From assembly GCA_964462185.1 (NCBI GenBank), contig CAYWWV010000005.1, forward strand, positions 11,139 to 64,002: a DNA stretch of 52,864 bases, written 5' to 3'. A model generated the notes under the pieces. That model was not told the origin of the DNA. It searched no databases and saw only the letters and a program-made list of their open reading frames with translations. Shown piece by piece: positions 25,701 to 34,624 of the stretch; the stretch's first letter is position 1, and each line of letters starts with the position of its first letter. The position numbers and the translations under genes are program-made. The DNA comes from an uncultured Candidatus Bathyarchaeia archaeon. GTDB taxonomy: Archaea > Thermoproteota > Bathyarchaeia > TCS64.

Positions 25701-25965
25701 GGAGACCCCTCCCTAACCCCACAAGGTAGGGCCAAGCCGCCAAAGCCAGTAAAACCACGGTGGTCACGGCTAGGGCGAGGGCGAGCCATTTCCGGGCGCC
25801 AGTCGAGGGTACGGGTAACAGACCCAGAAGCTTGACGGTCCCCAGAGGTTCATCCTCTGAGCCTCCTCCCTTGAGGCTGAGGTAGACCAGGAGGGCCCCT
25901 GCCACCACCATAAGGGAGCCGGCTACGAGGAAGCCTATGGAGACCATTTCTTCAGGGTAATCCAA
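25693..25965 (-). CDS. Small membrane protein (hypothetical)
   Basis: The 90-aa ORF has two or three TM helices. It has a TTG start (or ATG at 25947) and is sandwiched in the same operon-like block. Confidence 0.45.
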   Translation of the reverse strand: MDYPEEMVSIGFLVAGSLMVVAGALLVYLSLKGGGSEDEPLGTVKLLGLLPVPSTGARKWLALALAVTTVVLLALAAWPYLVGLGRGLLG

Positions 25966-25986
25966 GGCGCAGGGTATTAAACGTTA

Positions 25987-26586
25987 CTAAGCCCTCCAGA
26001 ATGCGGCCTTACCAATGTACTCGTTCACCTCCCACTCCCTAATCCGGGCCCTATCCACATCCACCACGTATATGCTGTGGAGCCTGGCGTTTCTGATCTC
26101 CTCGGGGGTTACGGGGGGGTTGGAGTAGTATCGGTCGCACATCTCCTTTATGGTCTGGACCTCTTGGGGGGTTCTATACCGTGGGGGCTTCACCAGGGCC
26201 TCCGGCACCTGCATGATGTAGTAGGGGGTGGTGGCCAGGATGAACTTGTTGGCGTAGGCGCTGTAGCGGGTGATCTTGCTGGCCACCCGGGTTTTGAGAT
26301 ATGTGACGGGGTCCAAGGCGTTCTCGGGGGGGACAAACCCTGTCTCCACCTCCACGATGAGGTTGCCAAACCCCTTGGTGGCGTAGACATCGGTGCTGAG
26401 GGTGTTGAGCCTGTGCTCCAGCTCCACCTGGAAGCCGTTTTGGATCAGGTATTTAGCGCAGATAAGCTCCATAATGCTGTGGTTGATCTTCACCTCCCTC
26501 CGCCTGTGCTTCTCCACCAGGGAGTCTCTCAACCTAAGCACCTCCGAGAGCTCCTCCGGTGAGAGCTCCAACCTGAATCTCTCCAC
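25987..26586 (-). CDS. Hypothetical protein with a PD-(D/E)xK/Hjc-like nuclease signature
   Basis: The 199-aa ORF has a GTG start. ELICAKYLIQNGFQVELEH....STDVYATKGFGNLIVEVETG resembles the Hjc-type core (E...GF.V....D(v/i).A.....(l/i).EVK), but the Lys is replaced by Thr. The C-terminal 100 aa are unassigned. Confidence 0.4.
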   Translation of the reverse strand: MERFRLELSPEELSEVLRLRDSLVEKHRRREVKINHSIMELICAKYLIQNGFQVELEHRLNTLSTDVYATKGFGNLIVEVETGFVPPENALDPVTYLKTRVASKITRYSAYANKFILATTPYYIMQVPEALVKPPRYRTPQEVQTIKEMCDRYYSNPPVTPEEIRNARLHSIYVVDVDRARIREWEVNEYIGKAAFWRA

Positions 26587-26673
26587 CAGAGAGTCGAGGT
26601 CTCGGACAAACTTGGAGTCTATCTTGGCCCCCCTCCACGGGTTTAACCCTCACTGCTCCCCCCATCTAATAAA

Positions 26674-27099
26674 TCATGCCCCTAACCTGGTCGGCCATAT
26701 CTGCAGCCCCAGCTCCCCCAGAAACTCGAAGCCTTTAACCCGGTAGAGGTGGGAGCCGCATCGGCAATCGCTGGAGCCGAAGCCAGGCACGGCCACCCCA
26801 TGTTGGGAGACCTGGCGGCTTAGCCAGCACTCCAGCCGCTCCCTGGTCTCAAGGAAGTAGACTGCCTCCACCTCCACGCCTGGGGCTTGGAGGAGGTAGT
26901 CGATATGCCAGTGGACCACGGGGTGCCTCCCCAAGCTGACCCTTATGTGGCGGAGAACCCTGGGCTTCAACCCGTTGAGGGCCGAGCCCACGTAGACGTA
27001 CTTGGCCTGGGGGAACTCGATCTCCCCCAGGGCTCCAACCCGCAGCCTCTGGTGTCTATGGTTCCCTATGCAGAGACAGTAAACCCCCCCGCGGCTCAA
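26674..27099 (-). CDS. DUF123 (GIY-YIG superfamily) protein
   Basis: GVYCLCIG......LRVGALGEIEFPQAKYVYVGSALNGLKPRVLRHIR.......HWHIDYL...........E...ECWLS........V.GFGSSDCRCGSHLY. I start it at TTG 27099, which overlaps the peptidase TGA (TTGA). The 203-aa track ORF extends into the peptidase gene. Confidence 0.75.
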   Translation of the reverse strand: MSRGGVYCLCIGNHRHQRLRVGALGEIEFPQAKYVYVGSALNGLKPRVLRHIRVSLGRHPVVHWHIDYLLQAPGVEVEAVYFLETRERLECWLSRQVSQHGVAVPGFGSSDCRCGSHLYRVKGFEFLGELGLQIWPTRLGA

Positions 27100-29009
27100 G
27101 GGGTCTGCACCGGTTTCAAGTGTTGGTTGAACCAGTCCAACATGACCTCCAGCCTCCTCACCCTGTGAGACGGCTTCCCCGTGGTGCGGAAGGTGTGAGC
27201 CCCCTCCATAAACAGGGCCAGCTTGGCCTCCTTCCCCAACGCCTTGAGGGCGGTGTACATGTGGAAGCTCTGGTCCACCCAGCACCGGTAGTCCTCCCAG
27301 CTGTGGACGAACAGCACGGGGGTGTTCACGTTGGCCACGTGTGTGAGGGGGCTCTTCTCGCGGTAGTCTTCAGGGTTCTCCCAGGGTGTGCCGCCTATCT
27401 GTTCGGGGGCGAAGTGGAAGCCTATGTCGCTGGACCCGTAGAAGCTTTCAAGGCTGCTTATGCCGTTCTGGCTAACAGCGGCCTTGAACCTGTCGGTGTG
27501 GGTTACCACCCAGTTGGTCATGTATCCGCCGAAGCTCAGCCCGGTCACGCCCAGCCTGCCCCCGTCTATCCAGGGATTCTCGGCCAATACAGCATCAACG
27601 CCCTCCATCAAGTCCTGGAAGTCTCTCTCCCCCCAATGGCCCCGGATGTCCCCGAACTCCTGGTCGTAGCCGTCGCTCCCCCTGATGTTGATGTAGATAA
27701 CGGCGTAGCCGTGGGCCGCGTAGAGCTGGTGCTCGTACATGAAGCTCCAGCCGAACTTGCTTTTGGGGCCCCCGTGGATGTCCACCACAGCCGGGGTCCC
27801 TGCCCCAGGCCTCTGGTTTAGGGGTCTAAGCAACCAGCCCTCCGCCTTGGCCCCGTCACTGCAGCCATACGTGAACCTCTCCGCCTTCCCCAGCTTGACA
27901 GATGGGTCCAACAGGCTTTCAGCCACCTTCACCCACTCCCCGTCGAACACCCACAGCTCCACGGGGGTGTCCGAGGAGACCCGGGTCAACGCCAGCCTCT
28001 TCCCCGCAACGTGGAACTCCTCAACGCAGTAGGGGCCCTCCGTCACCTGTTCCAGTTCTCCGTGGGCTGGGGCCTTGTAGATGTGGTGCTCGCCCCCCTT
28101 GGATAGGGCGAAGTAGAGGCTCTCCCCGCTCCATACTGGGGTGCAATCGCCTGCCTTGGGGCTCCTCAGGTCGTAGTAGTGTCTCCTGGCCACCCCCAGG
28201 CCCGTTGACCCGGAAAGGTCTCTCACCTCCCCCTCCCCAGGCCTCCAAAGGTAGACGCGGTGGTGGGTGCTATACCCCCTGGAGCCGTCGTGCCCCGTGA
28301 ACGCCAGCACCCCTTCCGGCCCCCAGTGGAGGGACTGCACAGAGTAGCCCTCCAGAGAGGCCTCCACCTCCAACCCCCCCAGCTTAACCACCCTAATCCT
28401 AGACTCCCCAGGCCTAAGGGGGTTCACAGACTCGGCGTAGGCCAGCCTCCCCCCCTCGGCGTCGAGGCTGAACGCCTGTATGGGGCTCCCCTGGGGGGTT
28501 AAACCCCAGGCCTCCCCCGCCTCCAAGTCCACCACGGATAAAGCCCTTGGAGCGCTGTAGACCCAGCCCTCCCCATTGAACCAGAAGGGTATGTCCTCTA
28601 TTAGGTGCACATCGCCCTGGGGTTTGGGGCCTCTGGAGAGGAAGTAGGCCTTCCCCCCTCCGCTATCCCACTGGAGGGATTGGACCCCTCCGTTGAAAAC
28701 AGCTTTGAGCTCCGCCTCCCCCCCAGGTTCAACAGTGTAGAACCCTGTCTGGGCTCCCTCACCCGTCTTGGAGGTGAAGAGTATCCGCCTCCCCTCCGCG
28801 TCCCACAGGGGGTTGGAGGCGTCGAAGCCCTCCAACGCCCACTCCAGCCCCACCGCCCCCAGGCCAACCACCTTCAGGGAGGTCTCATACTCCTCCCCCT
28901 GGACCCTTGTCTCCAGGTATAGTAGCCGCTCCCCCTGGGGGTCCAGGGTGGGCCGCGCCAAGAGGGCGAACAGCCCCAGGTCCCCCGGGGTTAAACCTCG
29001 ACTCCCCAT
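27096..29009 (-). CDS. S9 family serine peptidase (prolyl oligopeptidase/acylaminoacyl-peptidase type) with an N-terminal beta-propeller
   Basis: The 637-aa ORF has GVTGLSFGGYM as the nucleophile elbow, FVHSWEDYRC (Asp) and GAHTF (His). Confidence 0.85.
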   Translation of the reverse strand: MGSRGLTPGDLGLFALLARPTLDPQGERLLYLETRVQGEEYETSLKVVGLGAVGLEWALEGFDASNPLWDAEGRRILFTSKTGEGAQTGFYTVEPGGEAELKAVFNGGVQSLQWDSGGGKAYFLSRGPKPQGDVHLIEDIPFWFNGEGWVYSAPRALSVVDLEAGEAWGLTPQGSPIQAFSLDAEGGRLAYAESVNPLRPGESRIRVVKLGGLEVEASLEGYSVQSLHWGPEGVLAFTGHDGSRGYSTHHRVYLWRPGEGEVRDLSGSTGLGVARRHYYDLRSPKAGDCTPVWSGESLYFALSKGGEHHIYKAPAHGELEQVTEGPYCVEEFHVAGKRLALTRVSSDTPVELWVFDGEWVKVAESLLDPSVKLGKAERFTYGCSDGAKAEGWLLRPLNQRPGAGTPAVVDIHGGPKSKFGWSFMYEHQLYAAHGYAVIYINIRGSDGYDQEFGDIRGHWGERDFQDLMEGVDAVLAENPWIDGGRLGVTGLSFGGYMTNWVVTHTDRFKAAVSQNGISSLESFYGSSDIGFHFAPEQIGGTPWENPEDYREKSPLTHVANVNTPVLFVHSWEDYRCWVDQSFHMYTALKALGKEAKLALFMEGAHTFRTTGKPSHRVRRLEVMLDWFNQHLKPVQTP

Positions 29010-29084
29010 GGGAGTATCTTGGCGGGAGGGCGATTTAACAGCTACTGGTGGGCCTTATATCGAGGCTCCCCGAGATATAACCCC

Positions 29085-30326
29085 ATGAAAGCCCTTGTTG
29101 TGGGTAACGGGGCCAGGGAGCACGCCATCGCCAAGAAGCTGTCCGAGGAGCAGTTGGAGCTATACTCCGCTATGTCCCGTGTTAACCCAGGGATAGCCGG
29201 CCTGAGTAAGGAGGTCGCCCTCCTCGACCTGAACAACCCGGAGAGCTACTCCAGGTTCTACGATGTGGATATTGCCTTCATTGGCCCCGAGGCTCCTTTG
29301 GCCGCTGGAGTCGTAGACTACTTGGCGGATATGGGGGTGGCCACGGTGGGGCCTTCCAGGGCGGCGGCGAGGCTGGAGTGGAGTAAGGCCTACGCCAGGC
29401 AGTTCTTGGAGGCCCAGGGAATCCCAGGAAACCCAGAGTTCAAGGTCTGTCGGAGCATGGGCGAGGTGAAAGGGTTTTTGGACCGCCACCCTGAGGTGGC
29501 GGTGAAGCCCGATGGCTTGACGGGGGGGAAAGGCGTGAAGGTAGCCGGGGAGCACCTCCATAGCCGCGAAGAGGTGGAGGCCTACTGTGCCGAGCGCATC
29601 GCCATGGATGGACTGGTGGTTCTCGAGGAGAAGCTGGAGGGGAGGGAGTTCACCCTCCAGGCCTACTGCGACGGGAGGAACCTGAAGTTCATGCCGCTGG
29701 TTCGGGACTACAAGAGGGCCTACGACAACGATGAGGGCCCCAATACGGGGAGCATGGGGAGCTTCAGCTGCCCAGACCACGGCCTCCCCGACTTGGACGA
29801 GGGGGTGGTTGAGGAGGGAAAGCGGATAATGAGGGAGACGGTGAAGGCCATGCGTCTACGCGGAGAGGAGTATAAAGGGGTTCTCTACGGGGGGTTCATG
29901 GCTACGGCTCGTGGGACATTCCTCCTGGAGTATAACTGCAGGTTTGGGGACCCCGAGGCCATAAATGTGTTGAGCATCCAGGAGAAGCCCCTCACAGAGG
30001 TGGGCTTCGGAATAGTGGAGGGAAGGCTACCTGGCTTCGGGTTCGAGGAGCAGGCCACGGTTTGCGTCTACCTGGTGCCCGAGGGATACCCCACCAACCC
30101 TGTGAGGGACCAGCCCATCCAGGTGGGTGAGGGCATCAAGAGCGAGGTGTACTACGCCTCGGTTTACGACGACAACGGCGTGATTAGAACCACTGGTAGC
30201 CGGGCAGTTGCGCTGCTTGGCAAGGGAGAAACGGTGCCGGAGGCTCGTGGAAGGGTCTACCAGGATGTGGGGAAGGTTGTCGGCCGGCTTAGATACCGTA
30301 GGGATATAGCTGCGGGCATCCAGTAA
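29085..30326 (+). CDS. purD: Phosphoribosylamine--glycine ligase
   Basis: MKALVVGNGAREHAIAKKL..., an ATP-grasp core, NCRFGDPE. I start it at ATG 29085, not at the TTG 29019 used in the track. Confidence 0.9.
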   Translation: MKALVVGNGAREHAIAKKLSEEQLELYSAMSRVNPGIAGLSKEVALLDLNNPESYSRFYDVDIAFIGPEAPLAAGVVDYLADMGVATVGPSRAAARLEWSKAYARQFLEAQGIPGNPEFKVCRSMGEVKGFLDRHPEVAVKPDGLTGGKGVKVAGEHLHSREEVEAYCAERIAMDGLVVLEEKLEGREFTLQAYCDGRNLKFMPLVRDYKRAYDNDEGPNTGSMGSFSCPDHGLPDLDEGVVEEGKRIMRETVKAMRLRGEEYKGVLYGGFMATARGTFLLEYNCRFGDPEAINVLSIQEKPLTEVGFGIVEGRLPGFGFEEQATVCVYLVPEGYPTNPVRDQPIQVGEGIKSEVYYASVYDDNGVIRTTGSRAVALLGKGETVPEARGRVYQDVGKVVGRLRYRRDIAAGIQ

Positions 30327-30354
30327 CCATTTATCTGTTTCCAGGAATACGAGG

Positions 30355-30906
30355 GTGGGTGAGGTCTTGTCGGATAGCAGTAAACTGGCCGAACTTGAGG
30401 CCCTCTTGTACGCTGCCAGTAGGCCCGTGAGCCTCACCGACATCGTTATGTGGCTGCGGCTGAGGGACGAGGTGGAGGCCGACTCCTTGGTCTCCGAGCT
30501 CCAGGCCGTGTATATGGAGGAGGGAAGCGCCTTGGAGTTGGTGAAGCTGAGGGGGGAGAGGGTGGTGCTCCAGTTGAAGCCCGACTACACCAAGCTGGCC
30601 GGGAGATATAGCATCAAGCCCCTCCTCTCGGTGGCGGCCCTTCGGACCCTCAGCTATGTGGCCTACTACCAGCCTGTGCTTCAGAGCGATGTGGCGAAGG
30701 TGCGGGGGAGCCAGGCTTACAAGCATTTGAAGCAGCTGGAGGAGATGGGCCTGGTGTCCAGGGTTAAGCGGGGCCGAACCAAGGTAGTCAAAACCACCCA
30801 GGAGTTCGCCGACTACCTGGGCCTAAGCGGCGACAGGACGCAGATGAGGCGCCAGCTCCGCAAACTCTTCCGGAGGCTTGAGATAGAGCAGCTGGAGAAA
30901 CGATGA
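30355..30906 (+). CDS. scpB: Segregation and condensation protein B (ScpB)
   Basis: LEALLYAASRPVSLTDI......, with two winged-helix repeats (TLSYVAYYQPVLQSDVAKVRG...YKHLKQLEEMGLV). It has a GTG start. Confidence 0.75.
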   Translation: MGEVLSDSSKLAELEALLYAASRPVSLTDIVMWLRLRDEVEADSLVSELQAVYMEEGSALELVKLRGERVVLQLKPDYTKLAGRYSIKPLLSVAALRTLSYVAYYQPVLQSDVAKVRGSQAYKHLKQLEEMGLVSRVKRGRTKVVKTTQEFADYLGLSGDRTQMRRQLRKLFRRLEIEQLEKR

Positions 30907-30956
30907 GGGGGGTTGGGCTTTAAACCCCTGGGGGGTTTGCTATTACCAGGTGTGTC

Positions 30957-32030
30957 GTGTTGAGTGTTGTGAGGGTTTCTGGTTCCCACTATGAGTGTGG
31001 GCTTGGGTTGGGGAGGGCGGCAGGGGAGAAGGTTCGGAGGAACCTGGACTACTATTTGGGCTGGTGGGAGAGGAACCTGGGTCTCGGCAAGCAACAGGTC
31101 TACCGGTGGGCCGAGGAGGTGTTAGGGGTCTCCAAGGAGTTCGACGCTGGGCTGGTTGACGAGTTGAGGGGGGTTGCCGACGGCGCCGGCATAGATTTGG
31201 AGGCGGTGGCGGCCTTAAACGCTCGATACGAGTTGGCTTGGGCCTCCAAAGAACAGCTGCTCCCCAGCTGCACGAGCCTAGCCCTCCTCCCACGTCGGAC
31301 GGCGAGGGGCGTCACCATCCTGGCCCAGAACTGGGACTACAGGGTGGATGTGGCCCCCAACTGCCTGTTATATGTGGCGGAGGCCGAGGGCGAGCCCAGC
31401 GTATGCATCCACACCGAGGCGGGCATCATAGGCCACAAGGGTTTCAACGGGGCGGGGTTGGGCGTGGCCGTCAACGCTCTGGTTTCCTCGGGGGACCACC
31501 TGGGGGAGTCGGTGCCCTTCTTCCTGGTGTGCCGCAAGGCCCTGGCCTCCAGGGGCTTGGACTCGGCCCTCTCCACCATCCTGGAGGCTAGGAGATGCTT
31601 CAGCTACAACATGGTCTTGGCCGCCCCTGGGGTGGCGTTGGATGTGGAGGCCTACCCAGGCGGGGCCTCGCTTCTGCTGCCCGAGGAGGGAGTGCTGGTC
31701 CACACCAACCATTTCCTGGGGGAGACGCCCCACGAAGACCCCTTCCTCCACCAGCACCCCAACACCGTCACACGCCTGGTGAGAGCCAAAGAGCTTCTGG
31801 GGAGCAGGGGGCTTCACTCGTATCGCACAGTGGCCCAGCTGCTCTCCGACCACCAAGGCCTCCCCACCAGCATTTGCCACCACCCAGAAGAAGCCCAGCC
31901 ACCCGACCGGAGGGCGGCCACCCTCTCATCCACCATCATGGTCCTCGAAGAGGGAACCATGTATTACACCGAGGGCTCCCCGTGTTCCTCGGATTACCGC
32001 AGATTTCAACTCCAATCAAAACCCCTTTAA
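30957..32030 (+). CDS. C45 family peptidase / acyl-CoA:6-APA acyltransferase-like Ntn hydrolase
   Basis: GSHYECGLGLG...., SCTSLAL (autoproteolytic Cys), QNWDY, and the YNMVLA region. Confidence 0.7.
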   Translation: MLSVVRVSGSHYECGLGLGRAAGEKVRRNLDYYLGWWERNLGLGKQQVYRWAEEVLGVSKEFDAGLVDELRGVADGAGIDLEAVAALNARYELAWASKEQLLPSCTSLALLPRRTARGVTILAQNWDYRVDVAPNCLLYVAEAEGEPSVCIHTEAGIIGHKGFNGAGLGVAVNALVSSGDHLGESVPFFLVCRKALASRGLDSALSTILEARRCFSYNMVLAAPGVALDVEAYPGGASLLLPEEGVLVHTNHFLGETPHEDPFLHQHPNTVTRLVRAKELLGSRGLHSYRTVAQLLSDHQGLPTSICHHPEEAQPPDRRAATLSSTIMVLEEGTMYYTEGSPCSSDYRRFQLQSKPL

Positions 32031-32060
32031 GCCACCCGCTCATGGATTCTTTGACTGGGT

Positions 32061-32195
32061 TTGAGCGAGGAAACCAGCTTGATCCACCTATTGGCCTACG
32101 TGATAGGGTTGATCCCCGGGGCCTACTTCACCTATCGGCTGCTGGTGGAGCTATACTATTATCTAGCTAGAAGGGACGAAGATTTCAGAGAATGA
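32061..32195 (+). CDS. Possible 44-aa single-TM micro-protein, translationally coupled (ATGA) to the next gene
   Basis: My own translation from TTG 32061 gives MSEETSLIHLLAYVIGLIPGAYFTYRLLVELYYYLARRDEDFRE. Its TGA overlaps the ATG at 32192. It is below the ORF-track size cutoff. Confidence 0.3.
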   Translation: MSEETSLIHLLAYVIGLIPGAYFTYRLLVELYYYLARRDEDFRE

Positions 32196-32545
32196 GCGCC
32201 AGAGAGCACAAGTATTGTTGGAGTTGTGGGGCTTTAATTGGATACCGTGAGGCCTACTGTCCAGCCTGTGGGGAGCCCCAGCCCCCCTTGCCAGGGGTCG
32301 AGGTGGAGAAGCGGGGTGTGGATCGACGGGTTTGGGTGGCGGTGGTTCTCAGCTTCTTGGTGACGGGGCTGGGCCAGTTCTACCTTGGTCGAAGGAGCCG
32401 GGGGGCTGCCTTCTTCCTGGGCACCGTATCCCTGGGGCTCGTACTCTCAAACTACCTGACCCAGGACTACGTGATGGGCTTCGGGGTGGTGATGGCCCTC
32501 CTCTCAGCCCTAGACGCCTACCTCTTGGGACGTGGTTCAGGTTAG
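32192..32545 (+). CDS. Zinc-ribbon plus TM2-like membrane protein
   Basis: The N-terminus has CWSCG...CPACG. It is followed by VAVVLSFLVTGLGQFYLGR and a second helix. Confidence 0.6.
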   Translation: MSAREHKYCWSCGALIGYREAYCPACGEPQPPLPGVEVEKRGVDRRVWVAVVLSFLVTGLGQFYLGRRSRGAAFFLGTVSLGLVLSNYLTQDYVMGFGVVMALLSALDAYLLGRGSG

Positions 32546-32569
32546 TTTAACTACCGGGGAACCACTTTA

Positions 32570-33280
32570 GTGTTGATTGGCTTGAGGTTTGAGATTAAGC
32601 ATAGGCCCAGCTACAGCATATTGTTGGTGGAGCTGGGGGCGGGGGAGACCATCACGGCTGAGGCGGGGGCCCTCACCTTCATGTCTCCCAACGTGGAGGC
32701 CGATACTAGGACTAGGCAGAAAGGATTGGTTAGGAGCCTGGCCACCAGCGTCTTTGGTGGGCAGAGCTTCTTCGTCACCGATTTCACAGCCGTGGGGGGG
32801 CCTGGCGAGGTTGCCCTGGCTGCAGCGCCCTTGGGGGATGTGGTGGAGCTGGAGGTGGGCCCCGACCAGAGCTACGTCTTCCAGAGGGCGGGGTACTTGG
32901 CTTCCACCCCTGGGGTGGAGCTGGATGTGAGGTGGGAGGGCTTCACCCGCGGCTTGTTCGGCCAGGGCCTATTCATGGTTAGGGCCGAGGGCTCAGGGTC
33001 TCTCTTCCTCAACACCTTTGGGGCGGTGGAGGCTCGGAAGCTGGCCCCGGGGGAGCGCTTGGTGGTGGATAACTTCCACCTGGTGGCCTTCAGCGACTCC
33101 TGTGAGTACGAGGTGAGGCGTTTCAGCGGTTGGAAGGAGACCTTGTTCAGCGGGGAGGGCTTGGTCACCGAGGTGGAGGGCCCAGGCGAGGTCTACATCC
33201 AGACCAAGAACCTGCGGGAGTTTGTGGAGTGGCTCTGGACCATTCTAGGCCCCAAGGTCTCCTCGAGGAGGGCCCGCTAG
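32570..33280 (+). CDS. AIM24/TIGR00266 (DUF124) family protein
   Basis: The 236-aa ORF reads ....PSYSILLVELGAGETITAEAGALTFMS, GGQSFFVTDF, VDNFHLVAFS, GEGLVTEVEGPGEVYIQT. Confidence 0.75.
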   Translation: MLIGLRFEIKHRPSYSILLVELGAGETITAEAGALTFMSPNVEADTRTRQKGLVRSLATSVFGGQSFFVTDFTAVGGPGEVALAAAPLGDVVELEVGPDQSYVFQRAGYLASTPGVELDVRWEGFTRGLFGQGLFMVRAEGSGSLFLNTFGAVEARKLAPGERLVVDNFHLVAFSDSCEYEVRRFSGWKETLFSGEGLVTEVEGPGEVYIQTKNLREFVEWLWTILGPKVSSRRAR

Positions 33281-33960
33281 CCAGGAGGCACCCCACCCTG
33301 GGCAAAATCCACGACTTCCAATAGGTCGCGGGCGAACACCCTGCACCCAGCCTCAACCAGCCTCCGAGCCCACTCCTCGCTCCTCCAGTACCCCACGAAG
33401 CACACTCCCGCCGCGCGGCTGGTCTCCAAATCTGTGGTGGTGTCACCCACGTAGAGGGTCTCGGCGGGGCTGGCCCCTATGAGGTTGATGGTTTCCAAGA
33501 GGTGGCGGGGGTGGGGCTTGGGGTGGGAGGTCTGGTCCCGCGCCACCACGCCATCTATGAACCGTTCTAAGCCCAACAGGGAGAGGGCTTGGGCGGCGTA
33601 GGCGCCGTGGCTCCGGGTGGCCACCCCCAGCTTGAAGCCTAGCGAGCGGAGCCTCCTCAGCGCCTCCTCAGCGTAGGGCATGGGGGTCAGAGAGGGTAAG
33701 GCCTCCAGCTCCACGTGGTTCATGGCCTCCTCCACCCGGGATAGGGCCTCTGGAACCAGGTGGGGTGGGAGCCCCCGCTCCAGCAATGCCTTGGCGCCCC
33801 CACGGACCAGCATATAGGCCTCCCTCCGGTCCCCAGGGGGGTCTGGTAGGCCCACATCGGCTAAGGCGGCCCTTATCTCCTCCCCCATACGCTGGTAGTC
33901 GATGTGGCTCTCCACCAGGGTGCCGTCGAGGTCGAATACCACGGCGCTGAACTCCATCAA
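33277..33960 (-). CDS. HAD-superfamily hydrolase (phosphoglycolate phosphatase-like)
   Basis: AVVFDLDGTLVES (motif I), VATRS (motif II), YVGDTTTDL (motif IV). Confidence 0.8.
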   Translation of the reverse strand: MMEFSAVVFDLDGTLVESHIDYQRMGEEIRAALADVGLPDPPGDRREAYMLVRGGAKALLERGLPPHLVPEALSRVEEAMNHVELEALPSLTPMPYAEEALRRLRSLGFKLGVATRSHGAYAAQALSLLGLERFIDGVVARDQTSHPKPHPRHLLETINLIGASPAETLYVGDTTTDLETSRAAGVCFVGYWRSEEWARRLVEAGCRVFARDLLEVVDFAQGGVPPG

Positions 33961-34039
33961 TGGACCTCAACTCCGGGGGTTTTTAATCTCATCGACGGGG
34001 TGAATCTTTTTATCTCGGCTCAGGTTTGTTTCCAGGCGT

Positions 34040-34114
34040 GGGCTGGTAGTTCAGGGGTAGAATGCTTGGTTTGCAACCAAGAGGTCGGGGGTTCGAGTCC
34101 CCCCCAGTCCACCA
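34040..34114 (+). tRNA. tRNA-Ala (anticodon UGC), CCA encoded
   Basis: Hand-folded cloverleaf: acceptor GGGCUGG/CCAGUCC with a G3:U70 pair (the Ala identity element), D arm GUUC-AGGGGUA-GAAU, anticodon arm CUUGG-UUUGCAA-CCAAG (U33-UGC-A37), variable loop AGGUC, T arm GGGGG-UUCGAGU-CCCCC, discriminator A, then CCA. The leader 34034-34041 (AGGCGUGG) is complementary to 34112-34119 (CCACGCCU). Confidence 0.9.
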
Positions 34115-34417
34115 CGCCTGTTCGCCGGGGTTTCTACTCAGTCCGTGAGGGTATTTAAGGGGTGGTGCCTCTGGGTTTCTGTGGATATCTGTATTCTAGG
34201 GGGGACGGGGGACATGGAGCGGGGCCCGTTTCCCAACCTTAAAAAGAGAGTAATAGGTTTTCGTGGTTTTTCAACTGTGTAAGGGTGATTTTCAGGCGCC
34301 GGGAATCATCGGTTAGGAACGGGTAGTAGGCGCCCCGGGGTGCCTGTCAACCTATTTGTCGGCTATATCGAACACCGCCTTTATATCTAAAAACATGTCC
34401 AATAAAAATAATCTTTT

Positions 34418-34624
34418 TTAGAATTTTTTATGCCAATCGCTCTTTTTCCCGTTAAATAATATGTATATAATAATAAGTGCAATAACAGATAAATATATGA
34501 AGATTGGATTTTTATCAAAATATCCTACATAAATAAGAGCAAACAAAATAAAAAAGATAAAAAAGATCGGGTATTCTTTATAACTCCCCCCTAAAATCCC
34601 CACATATATTGTGTCTAAATTCAT
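34418..34624 (-). CDS. ORFan hydrophobic 68-aa protein inside a roughly 20-25% GC islet
   Basis: This is the only ORF in the AT-rich stretch. It has two predicted TM helices (IFFIFFILFALIYVGYF, IFIYLSVIALIIIYILF). Coding status is uncertain. Confidence 0.35.
   Translation of the reverse strand: MNLDTIYVGILGGSYKEYPIFFIFFILFALIYVGYFDKNPIFIYLSVIALIIIYILFNGKKSDWHKKF

Noticed and set aside
33904-34158. An 84-aa ORF spanning the tRNA-Ala gene. I considered it as a possible SSV-type split-integrase fragment overlapping an att site.
   Set aside because: It has no integrase-like motifs, its sequence is simply read-through of the tRNA and flanks, and there is no matching int(C) or int(N) partner in the window.
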